DNA of 20,000 nucleotides from Psammoneis japonica (lineage: Eukaryota). Each line of letters opens with the position of its first letter. Position 1 is the first letter of the stretch. The stretch covers positions 795,111 to 815,110 of the forward strand of contig QPGO01000023.1 in NCBI GenBank assembly GCA_008632985.1, given 5' to 3'. Below are positions 8,785 through 19,521 of this stretch, piece after piece. The notes below the pieces were generated by a model, which was given only the letters and a program-made list of their open reading frames with translations, was not told the origin of the DNA and did no database searches. The position numbers and the translations under genes were made by a program.

Positions 8785-11700
8785 TCAGTCACTGTTGCTG
8801 TCGCTAGACAATTCACTCGAACGGCGTTTCCTCCGTTGCTTCACCGTGGCAGCGCCCATCTCATCCTCACTACTCCCCGAATGATAGCTAGAAGAGTTTG
8901 CAGCCCTCATCAACCGCCGGAACTCTGCATACTGGCGGATGCACTCGTCAGGGTTTATTTTCGTTGCGCAACCCGACGATCTGCCGACGCCGGTATCAAA
9001 CATTGGCATCTTCTCCGGCAGAGAAATCCCTTTGTTAACGAGCCGCTCCTTTGCATCAGGCACGTACTCAAGGCATCGAGTTTCGCTTAGGCTGTACACC
9101 TTCCGAAGGAAATTCTTTAGTTTCAAAAGGAGCACAATTCCATACCCTTCCGCACACATATCCGCAAATCGAGGCAAATCGAAACTCGAGTCCTTCAAGG
9201 GAGCAGCTTCTTTAGTCCTTGATGGATTCTTGGATTCCGCAGCACGCTCCAGAGCATCTTCTGACGCGTTGTTCTCGTCGTGCTCATCGCTACTTGCGAG
9301 ACCGTGAGGGCGCAAAAAGGCGGCGAACCTGTCAACTAGTTGATCACCATGCAAAGCGTCTGAACACGAAATGTTATAGATGATGAACAGAGGATCGTTT
9401 GCCCTATTGTACGGCAAGTGAGCGAGCACCTGGGCGGCGAAGGAGAGAAGGTGTAACTTCTTCGTGTGGGGATAAAGACTTTTCTGCTTCTGCTTGGTGT
9501 CGGTCAATCTCTCCCCTGCTTCAAAAAGACCCAGCAAGCTTCTGTAGAGACCCTCGCGCTGCTTCCTACTGCTTCGGATACATTCTTTGAAGACGTCTGC
9601 AAAGATGCTCTCAACATGTAGCACGCTCCCGTGCTTCCGCGTCACCACAGCACACGCGTTCTCTGATTCCCCGTATACAACGCGCTGAAACTTGTAGGCC
9701 TGTTTCACTCCCGCACTGGCACGCTGGCGTAGCATATCAGGTCTCTTTTCACCCTCTCGAATCAAGAGCCCAAGGGACAAGGAACGTACTTCCGGGGCTT
9801 TGATGTCTCCTTGGAGAGCAAATAGGTAAGGAACCGTTTCCATGGGATTGATGAGCCCCTGGCGAAGGAGATCTCCGAGAAGCTCAACCGAAGCGAGTCG
9901 AATCTTTTCATTTTTGCACGAAGTCATCTGGAAGAGCCTAGTTGAATGCTCGGCCAGTACCCCGCCAACAAGAGTTGCATCTCCGTCTTGATCACCTGAG
10001 ATCCTCTTGGATACAGTGACCTTTCCCTTTGAATCCATTTTCGCCTTGGCTTCCCCCGTTTCAACCCGTGCTTCTTCGGTCTACATCATTGCGGAAGGTA
10101 GACGAAACGCATAGAAGGAAAATGTGAGCGACGGGCAAAAACAGAACCGCAAAGTCGAAAGCTACCGGACACTCACAACAAGAATATCTCGCCAGCACCG
10201 CAGGGCTTCCAATTGAAGGTCCGGGTGGGCGTCTTCGCTCATGACCTGCTCAATGACTCCAGCCTGTTCCACTGCCAGCATTATCCGCGGACGGGAAGCA
10301 AAGATCCCCCCTAAAGCTCGAAGAGCAGCACATTTCGTCTCGACATCGCTTTTCTCAAGATACTTGGTAAAGAGAGTGTAGCACGCTTCGGCCATATTTG
10401 TCGAAGACAGCTCGGACGGATCAACGCTCTCAAAATTGTCCATGTCTTCATCATCACTGTCTCTGTCGTTGCTGCCGTCATCCATGTTACGACAGAGAGA
10501 TCCAAGCACGCTCAAGGCTCTGTGCACATTGTTCCGCAGTTTCGTCTGGGAAAAGGGAGGGAGACAAAATCAAGGATAAGAGATGCGCCGAAATCGTACA
10601 AGATTGCTCCAATCATACTGAATAGCAGTAGCACGTACCGGTGATGATGAAAAGTCGCCTTCCGAGTCTTTCTTCTTGTCCAGCAATTCGTAGAATGTGG
10701 AGGCGAGTTTCATCACTTTCTTCTGCAGCGCCCATCGGCTTCTGCATCTTTGTGGTAGGCAAGAGCGGTAAGAGCCTGAACAGCAGAGGTAATTGGTCCG
10801 ACTCCGAATCTGTAGGTGATTCGTACCAAGTCATTGCCAATGGAGCCTCCACTAAGACCACCAAGATCATTCTTGTTGAGGGTGCTTGCGAGATGAGTGA
10901 TGATGTTGCAGACGGCACTCACGACAGCCGCCTCGTCTTTGACGGAAACGTCGTTTTCGGCCTTGAGATACGGCATGATAGTATCAGATGCTTGATCAGG
11001 ACGGTCGGTGAAGCACGGGAGAAGACTTCAATGGTACGGAAAATGGCGACAAGCTTGTCCCCGGACCGGTCGTTCAATCTTGCCCGAGTCTCTTCCAAGG
11101 TCAATAGTTGCTCCATGAGAGCCTCCACCAGTTGGGAGCAATGCTTCTGCGCCGCTTCGTGTCTCTTGCGGCGTTCGGAAGCTTTCCGATCCTTGTCGGC
11201 ATCCGAAAAGTCGCTCAAGAGTTCCTTCATGAGCGCCGCGAGAATGTCTCCCCCCCCCGCGGATCGGACAACTTCTACCATTTGCTCTGCCGCCACATCG
11301 CAGCGTAGCTGCACTCGAGATTTGGTATTCCCCCCTTTCTTGGGAGCCTCGACTTCGGGTGGCGTAACGACGCCTACTCCGGGTGCAGCCACAACATTTG
11401 ACTCCGTCTCGGCTTCTGGTGGGTCGGCGTACGTGGTATTGGGAGCTGCCTGGGCTTCTGGTTCTTCCTTCTTGACTGGAACAACAGGTTCTTCACCATC
11501 CTCCAACCACAGCTTGTGAAACAACTCATGAATCAAATCTCGGACCGTGTCGTCTTCCTTGGGATCGGCTGCTCGCTGCAACATGACGGCACACGCTACC
11601 GCTCTTCCCTTGTAGGACGGATTCGATTGCAACACGTTGCAATAAATCTTGACGGCTCGCTTTCGAACCGACACACCGGGATCGCTTAGACTCGACAGCA

Positions 11701-14366
11701 ATGGCGAATGAAAGGCATTGGCCAGTGCCGGTGTGTGTAAAATGTAGGATCCCACCAACGATATCACGGCTTCCCGTACCGACGTGGCGTCGTCGACAAA
11801 TCGTTTCGCCACGGCATCCCGCAACGCCGACTGCAGCATAATACTCGGGTCCGCATCAATGACCTGTGTATTGTGCGTATGTTGATATTGAAGGTAACAA
11901 GTGAGTAACCGACAAGATAGTATAAAAAACAATAACACAACTCGACCACAAATATTACGCACCATGGAAATAGCCTTGACGGATAGTTTACGCAACGACA
12001 CGAGCGGGGACACCATGAGATTGACCATGACACCCAGCATGCGGGGAAAGGCCACAGCCATGTTGGACGAGGTCGCCAAGAGGTTTAGCATGAGTCGCGA
12101 ATTGCCCTCGTCCGACAGCGACGCCAAGGGCTTGGAGGATGTCGTCGAGTCCCATTGAGACAAAAAGTAATGACACTGCAAACCATAATCCACAGAGCCA
12201 TCGTTCGATGATCGTCGTAAGTCATCCAGTTCGTTGGCCCATTTGGAAATATGACAATGTCGTGAACTTGCAATGGATTGAGACTTGGTGTGCTTTGCGA
12301 GTATGGTCAAGTGATTGAGAAGCAATTGTCGAAAGACTTGTCCTTCATCCACTTCTTCTTCCTCCTCGTCACGAGACGCACGTCGACGGCTACTAGTAGA
12401 GTTCTTGGCGGCAAAGGCTCGCGTTTGTTCCACCACGACGGCTTCTAATTTGCAATTGTCACAAACCCACGTTTTGGGGACATGATCTTGATGTATACCA
12501 ACACAACTACAATGGAACCATCCGTGACAGGAATCACAATCAACTTGTGCCACGTCGGGTCTCTCCGCTTGACCACAATAACAGCGATGGTATTCCTTAT
12601 TGGCATCATCAATGTCGTCATCAGTATCATGATTTGTAGTAGTGGATAACATGAGTGGATGTTCCTTGTGTTGTGCCAAACGCCGTGCCATACTGGCACA
12701 GGCCTTGCCGAGCGTATCCAACGCGGTGGCAAGATAGGTGGGTTCCGCGTGATTTTTGCTTGTAGCAGACGCAGCAGCCTTGAGTAAATCTCGACTCATC
12801 AAGTCACACAAAAGCAACAACAATCGGATGCGGGATATTCGGGTGATACGTGCAATACGAGCAAATCCTCCACCAAATTGGACACGACCGGACGAAATTC
12901 GGACGCGCCACCGTCATTGCCCTTGCGCGAGCATCGTTGCAAGAGACTCGACGCAAAGAGTCGACTGATGTGTTGACATGGTTGTAAACCAATCGTGAGT
13001 TTGGGAGGAGGAGCCTTTTTCGCAGCTCGATCACTTTGAGTAGGGTCATTGGTAATCTCGACGGTTGGCATGACGACACAGGCTTGGACGAGTGATACGA
13101 GGAGAATCGAAAAAACTTGTACAAAGCGTTGTTGTTGTTGCTCTTCTCTGTCCTTCTTTTTGTCGTCGTCGGCTACCGTCTTGACGGCAATGGTCCTCAT
13201 GGATCGTTTGGATGTAGGAAGCTTGAGCATGAGAGGAAACAAGTCCTCCATGATTACGGCCCGGTGTCGCGAATACCGTGAAAAGACAGACGTGAGCAAT
13301 TCAATCGATGCGGCTTGGACGAGCCGACACGAGGAAGCGTATTCATGCGTTGGATCCATTTCAAACGATGCCAAGACGGCCGAACACAGCGTCAAGACGG
13401 GACGATCGTCCATGGCAACGTTTCGTACCAGACTTTCCATGCGTTCCATGAGTAGCACGAGTGCACCGACGGTCTTGGAGGAAATGGGCTTGTACACCTT
13501 TTTGAGAGTGGCAATGGTTTGCTTGTCACATGATGCCTTTTTCGTTTTTGGCTTTTTCCCAACCGGCGCGGCGGCAGTAGAAGTAGTAGTAGTACTTGAG
13601 AGATGTCCCTTTTGATTGAGGGCCGGCACCACATTCTTGACGAGATGCTGTCGTAGAACAGCAATACAGGATTCGATACTGTCTTCGCTCACGACCCGAC
13701 GATCGACCCGCGGACTCGTCATGATGGAAATCAAAACCGACGCCGCCTCGAGTCCTTGCTTCATTGTAGAGAGTAGTGTCGGTAGTGTTTGCTGGAGCCA
13801 CTGATTTTTGTAAAGAAAAGAAATAATAACAATCCATGTATGAGTCTCACGGAATTTCGGTTTGGCGCCAATCACGCAGAAGCAAAAAAAAAATCGCAGA
13901 ATTCTGCAAATAACATGTTACTCACCTGACTCATCTCTTCCTCCTCCTCCATGGCATCGTGTGCTTGTTTCATCAAATCGACATGAGACGCCGTCACTAC
14001 ATGCTTTTCTAAAAGCGGCACGAGCGACAAGAGCAAATCACAATCCACGAGCGCAAAGCCGGACGGCACTACATCCGCATCCGACGATGTGTCTGTTGCA
14101 TCATCGGAAGCGGCTTCGACCGTGGCACACAGATCTACCAAACGACTCATTTCATCCAACGACAATGGTCCACCCAGTAGTAGTGTTGTTGCTGTGGTTG
14201 TTTTGGTGGTGGGAGACTTGGTTCCATCAAAAGCTTCTTCCGCAGCAGAATTGTTGTCGCGGCCTTGCGCGGCCAGCAGAATGCTTTCCACCGTCTCTGT
14301 AAACGGATCGTTTGCTTCTTCTTGAGACATGGAAACGTCGTCGTCTTGAGAATCATCGACCTCCAT
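8785..14366 (-). CDS. SCC2: Cohesin loader SCC2/NIPBL (HEAT repeats + Nipped-B C-terminal domain, internal PHD finger); exons 14366-13926, 13800-11963, 11863-10639, 10545-10177, 10080-8785; three apparent 1-nt deletions (about 12824, 10987, 10732)
   Basis: FRPVVSNLVEDLL...PEYPAS(E)LLL, LRKLSVKAISMVIDADPSI, DDATSVREAVISLVG, DPGVSVRKRAVKI, RQGLINPMETVPYLFALQGD, LAHLPY...DPLFIIY match SCC2/NIPBL. All four introns are GT-AG and phase 0. Confidence 0.93.
12452..12583 (-). other. PHD finger within SCC2
   Basis: CYC...CDSCHGWFHCSC...WVCDNC is a C4HC3 pattern with the conserved Trp two residues before the last CxxC. Confidence 0.9.
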
Positions 14367-14591
14367 GGTTGCTATTACCGAGAGTAGTTGTATCGAAGAG
14401 TGTGTTTGATTTGCAACTGTGTTGACAGCAACAACACAAGCGAGCGACGGAGAAGAAGTGAGCTTTGCTTTTATGTGTGTCCGACTTTGCCCGCGCGCGC
14501 TCGGCGAGCGCAAGATCGCACGAGCTCGTTTTGGGCAATATCATACCGAATGAACATATTCAGTCATTATGGTTTATTTGATAAGATTTTA

Positions 14592-14599
14592 GCGCCAAA
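14592..14599 (-). promoter_or_regulatory. E2F-like site TTTGGCGC in the approximately 320-nt bidirectional promoter between SCC2 and the 308-aa ORF
   Basis: gcgccaaa at 14592-14599. A second TTTGGCGC lies at 13861-13868 in SCC2 intron 1. Motif match only. Confidence 0.35.
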
Positions 14600-14685
14600 G
14601 AAGCAAATCGCGGTCCAGCCGTCGCACGCCTGCACTTTTTGCTTTTTGCGCTCAAATTTGCTAAAAAATACGAAAAAGATCGACC

Positions 14686-15612
14686 ATGACGTCCACAACG
14701 ACGACGACACCGCTGTTTCTGGATGTGTTTGCAATTCATCTTGCATCGCAATTGTTGGGAAGTTCCAAAGTACTTGATGATATCGAAAAGGCAACTGACG
14801 ATGATTCTTCGTCGTTTCGATTGTATTGGAGAACGCCGATCCATCCTGCTGATCACGCAATGATGATGCAGGAGCAGTCCAACAACAAGACGCTCTTTAT
14901 CGATGTATCCTTTGATTTTTCCATCACACAAGACAATCCTTATACAAAAATTCGATTTGGGTCCTTGATTCTATCCGACAACAAAAAGACGTGTCGCTAC
15001 ATGAGGGGTATGCCGCTCACCATGAAAATTATAAAGCAACACGCACACGCCATTAGCATTGATTTAGATTCCACCAATCCTCAAGCCATGGCGCAATGCA
15101 TGGCAAAGGCAATGATGGACGAGTCGAACACGTCAAACGTGCTGTTAGATTCCAACAACAAATTGGCAACGATACCACTCTTTTACGAGGATTTGGGGGA
15201 AGCGGGAGATTTGCAAATAGAGGTGGATACGGTGTGCGAGCTCGATGCCAATGCCATGGACATGGTGTTGAACAATCTTGTCGTTCCATCACCTTCCAGT
15301 CCATCTCAAGAATCCATAGAGACAACACGGGAGGAATCTGCTGATGCAGTGACGAGTGCCTTTGAGAAATGGCGGAGTGCAGCGTCTATAGCAAGAGTCA
15401 AGCAAGAAGAGATGCCTGTAGTAAACAAAGAAGCGAACGAACCAAACACAAACGCAGTCGACAAGTTATCTACCAAAGTCACAACAAAGGTAAAACAAAA
15501 CGAAGCTACTGCTACGACAGAACCAAAACGCCGTCCAAGCAGCATTGTGGTGGCACGAGCTCCGGCAGGCAAACGCCGAAAGAGAGGAAAGGTAACCTAT
15601 TCCAAAGCATAA
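14686..15612 (+). CDS. Hypothetical 308-aa protein, probably nuclear (globular N-terminal part, low-complexity linker, basic C-terminus)
   Basis: Intact single-exon ORF with accATG context, filling the gap between SCC2 and the D27-like gene. Ends PKRRPSSIVVARAPAGKRRKRGKVTYSKA. Confidence 0.8.
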   Translation: MTSTTTTTPLFLDVFAIHLASQLLGSSKVLDDIEKATDDDSSSFRLYWRTPIHPADHAMMMQEQSNNKTLFIDVSFDFSITQDNPYTKIRFGSLILSDNKKTCRYMRGMPLTMKIIKQHAHAISIDLDSTNPQAMAQCMAKAMMDESNTSNVLLDSNNKLATIPLFYEDLGEAGDLQIEVDTVCELDANAMDMVLNNLVVPSPSSPSQESIETTREESADAVTSAFEKWRSAASIARVKQEEMPVVNKEANEPNTNAVDKLSTKVTTKVKQNEATATTEPKRRPSSIVVARAPAGKRRKRGKVTYSKA

Positions 15613-15644
15613 AAGTAGTAGTAGCATTATGTAGAGAGAATAAG

Positions 15645-17030
15645 TTAGTTGCAAAGATTTGCCCTTGTACCGGGCGCAACTTGTTTTCGAGATTCGCAAC
15701 CAACGAAACATCCAGAAGGAAAGGATGGATCTTCTTCTGGAGGTAGCGGAACCTACGTATGAGACGATACGAATGTGGGTGAGAATTGTGCGTACGTCAT
15801 GAAAAAGACAGATTCAGAATTGTAACTACAGTGTATGTTGTACTCACCTCGCCAAAGCTCCATTGGCATTCTTGTGTCACAAAGTTGGGCGATACGGTAA
15901 GTGGCAATCCGAGCTCCTCCTGAAAGAATTGCTGAGCCGGTAGCTTGCATTGATTGAGGCAGAGACCTTTGCAACCACTTTCTTGCAAAAACTTGCATTT
16001 CTCCACAACAAGTCCTCCGAGCTTGCCATCCTTTCGTCGATTGGGTTTGGACGGTCCAACGAGGAATCCAAAAAATGTGGGAGTCACAAAGGATGTCAAA
16101 AAGGGAGCGTAAAACCACGGACCAATTTGTTTGCCATCCAAATCAGTCCCTAATTTGGGCACAATGCCCGACATGAAAATGCGGTAAAAGGGGGCAACAC
16201 GGGTGTCATGAGACCCCGAGCGTATCGTATACCATTTTGTGCTGTGCTTCCGGTGTTTGGTCCGGTTGAAGCATGAAGGTTCTGCCCTGCTCGAGCAATC
16301 CTTCAATTCCCTCTTTGGGACTCGAGACGCCACCCGTGTTTTGTTCCACCAACTTTCGAAAGACAGACAAGAGAGTCTTGTCCAAGATATTGTCCTTGTA
16401 TTTCAGGTCATCGAGAGAGCAGTCCGGAACAAGTTCTTCGCCATCTTCACCCGTCACGGAGACAATCGGCTCGGCGTCCTTGTCGTACGGCACGTCCTGC
16501 ACGTTGGGAAGGTCCATTCTCGGAATGCGACTGGGACTCAGAAACGATGCGGTTGCAATGTATCCTTGGTAATCACTTTGCATGAGTTTGCTCAGCATTT
16601 CATAACGCTTAAATTTTAGTGCTGCTTTTCGCAATTCCAACACATCCGAGACTACCAAATCGGGATTCTTTTCCCACGCATCAATCTCGTCGCATAGCTT
16701 GACAATATCGACAGACTCGACCGCATTTGTCATAAAGAGAGCTTCTGTCGCCAGTGATATGCATTCTGATACTTCTTTTGCTTCATCCAATAAACGATTT
16801 CCAATGATTTTCAACTCGTCTTGCACAGACACTGACTCATCCGTCAGAAGAAACAATTGCGAGGAAGATTGACGAGAACGGATTTTGTGGTCTCGACGGG
16901 TGGTACTTGTGGAGATCCCTGTAAAAGTTTGAGCCGTAAACCCATTTACATGATTTAATGATGGTATCGCAAGAAGCACAGCTACAATGGCTGCCTTCAC
17001 AACGTCGCATCGGGCTGTTCTTGACGTCAT
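15645..17030 (-). CDS. D27: Plastid-targeted DWARF27-like beta-carotene isomerase family protein; exons 17030-15848, 15752-15645; two apparent 1-nt deletions (about 16215, 16192)
   Basis: YKDNILD...FRKLV, FFGFLVGPS, VVEKCKFLQESGCKGLCLNQCKLPAQQFFQEELGLPLTVSPNF...CQWSFGE|VPLPPEEDP match the D27-like domain. Intron 15753-15847 (GTGAGT...CGTAG). N-terminus has a hydrophobic core AAIVAVLLAI followed by VNG-FTA and a Ser/Thr/Arg-rich transit-like stretch. Confidence 0.88.
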
Positions 17031-17653
17031 GGTGTGGCAAATGTGCGAAAATGTGAGCGTGAGATGATTCGTTGTTGAAGTTCCACGACATGATTTCACA
17101 TGAGTACGGCGCGTCTACGTGATATTTACGTAAAAATGGCTGGTACAACTTCTACAGGTTTCACCGCATAAGACTGTCCGTACGACGTTCTGTCTGTCTG
17201 TAGACCGGATCGCGAAGCCGAATAATTGAATCCACCATGACGAATGAGCGGCAACGGGGAGTGCTGTTTTGTAGCTCTGGACGCGAAGAATGTTTACGCA
17301 GCGTCCGCGGATAAGGGCTCTCGTGCTGAGGTATAATGTAGTGGCGATGACTCATGAATGGCGTCACATGAAAGCATTTGAAACGCATAAATCAAAATGA
17401 TGCTGACTGCAGCTTCACGTTGTGCAGGTGTGAGACGGCACTTTTGTTGAAATCTGGTGTCTGGTTGACTGTTTCTTTGCTTAGCTGAACAAAGGGCTCA
17501 ACAAATATGCCATGGCAATGGTTTCATATATTCAGTGTTCCTATGGTTTCGGTGCCGCGTATCTCAGTCGGGTTCGCGTTTTTCAACCACACAGAAATAC
17601 TGTCGCACACAAGAGAAATTCTCGCGACTCGCGACACCCATTATTTTATTGAA

Positions 17654-19521
17654 ATGCTATTTACGACTCGCTTTCTTTCAGTAGCCTTGCTGCTTTTAAA
17701 TGCTATTGTTGCCGTTGCCCAGATCAGCAACCGTTACGTCATTAAGTTCCTGGACACTGGTATTCCTGATAACTTTGAAAATGCATTGACAACACTGGCA
17801 ACGACTGTTTCTGCAACCTTTGAATTCATTGAAGAAATCTCGGGATTAAGTCTCGCAGTTTACATGATGGATGACGAGTTGGCAGGGCTGGTTGCAGAAT
17901 TACCCCTAGTCGATTATTTGGAAATTGATCAACCCGTGACTCTCTTTTGCCCGGTGATCCGTTGCAAGTTATGCCCCAGGCCAACAGAGAGACTGTACCT
18001 TTTGGCGTCAATATGGTTCGGGCTCTTGATGTGGACGATTCCAACGTGGGGAACCGCAAAGTTTGTATTATTGACAGTGGATATGATTTAGGTCATGAAG
18101 ATTTACCGTCAGATTCATCCGTTGTGACAGGATCAGGAGACATCGGTGCAGGACCTTGGTCTCAGGATGGGTTTGGGCATGTAAGTTTTGCTCATTTAGA
18201 CATGGACTCGTAGGATAATTGTGCGACGAATGAAATCTGTTTTTCTCATTTCTGTGGATCGTTGTTGGCTCTGCAGGGAACGCATGTTGCAGGCACGATT
18301 GCGGCATTAGGAGGCAACAACCGGGGTGTAACTGGAATAAGTCGCAACGGAGCTCTCAAAATTCACATTATACGTGCCTTTGACGACGTCGGCGAGTTTT
18401 GGGCAAGCAGCTTGGTTGGAGAAGTCCAACGGTGTGCTGATGCGGGAGCCAATATTGTAAACTTGAGTTTGGGAAGGATAGGCAGGCCCTTACTCTTTGA
18501 GAGGGACAGTTACAGACAGTTACACGAAGACGACGGACTCCTGATTGTTGCAGCAGCAGGAAACGAGAATACATCACAAGATCACTATCCTTCAAACTAT
18601 GACGCTGTCATAAGCGTTGCAGCTATTGATGGAAATAGGAACCGAGCCAGCTTTTCTAATTTCCATAATCAGGTGGAACTAGCTGCCCCTGGTGTCGGCG
18701 TTCCGTCTACACTACCGTTCAATTCCTATTCTCAGATGGACGGTACTTCAATGGCCTCGCCACACGTGTCTGGAGTGGCTGCATTGGTATGGAGCCACTT
18801 TCCTGATAAGTCGGCTCAGGAGATTCGCGCAGCGCTTACTGCTAGTGCAGAGGATTTGGGCCCCATCGGTCGCGACGATCGTTTTGGATTTGGTCTTGTC
18901 CGCGCAGATCTTGCCTTTCAATTGCTCAATGAGGATGGTTCTGTAACGACACAACCTTCGACAGTGCGTCCAACATCAATCAATGGAGAGTGCGTGGACG
19001 ATCCGCCTGATTGGCAAGATTCCAGTGGAAATGGCTGTGACTGGTATGAGGCCAGTAGGAGGCGTTGCTGGGCATTTGGCAGTTTCTCTCCCAACCCCGT
19101 GACCCTGTTGGTAGCCAATGGTGGGTAATCATATGGGCCTGTTCGTAATTGTCGTCAATGAATTGGATTCTTACTTCTGAAGTATTCAAAACTTATCTTG
19201 AATTGTTAACCAGACGCCTGCTGCGAATGCGGAGGGGGGCTCAAGTCGTGTCAAGACGAACCTCCTGGCTGGGTTGATTCTGATGGCGACGGATGTGATT
19301 GGTACGAATTGGCTACTAATCGATGTGCTGATTTTGGGAACGGATACGAGAGTGGCGGTAAAACAGCTTTGGACGCCTGTTGTGCGTGCCGCGACGTCAC
19401 TCCCACTAGCTCCGTCGGACCACTGGCCAAACCTGTCGGCGGGGAAAGCTCTTCCAATACAGCTACTGCTCCTCTTGTTTTTCTAGCAATTGCGGGAGGC
19501 GTTGCTTTTATGCCTATGTAA
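17654..19521 (+). CDS. Secreted subtilisin-like serine protease (S8) with prodomain, two Cys-rich C-terminal repeats and hydrophobic tail; exons 17654-18180, 18277-19120, 19214-19521; one apparent 1-nt deletion (about 17947)
   Basis: Signal peptide MLFTTRFLSVALLLLNAIVAVA. Catalytic motifs CIIDSG, GH|GTHVAGTI, AAAGN and GTSMASPHV. Introns 18181-18276 and 19121-19213 are GT-AG and restore the frame. Confidence 0.95.
18991..19389 (+). repeat. Two copies of an approximately 50-aa six-Cys module (CxDxPPxWxDSxGxGCDWYE...C..FG...AxDACCxC)
   Basis: CVDDPPDWQDSSGNGCDWYEASRRRCWAFG...ANDACCEC aligns with CQDEPPGWVDSDGDGCDWYELATNRCADFG...ALDACCAC. The first copy is split by intron 19121-19213. Confidence 0.88.

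Noticed and set aside
10641..11519. 292-aa plus-strand ORF (also 13049-13615)
   Set aside because: Antisense to SCC2 exons with no independent features.
8785..14513. SCC2 fragments as several separate genes or a pseudogene
   Set aside because: Four canonical introns and three single-base corrections give one collinear frame with no premature stops.
17022..17360. TGACGTCA and TGACTCA bZIP-like motifs near the D27-like gene
   Set aside because: Short motifs expected by chance, and one overlaps the start codon.
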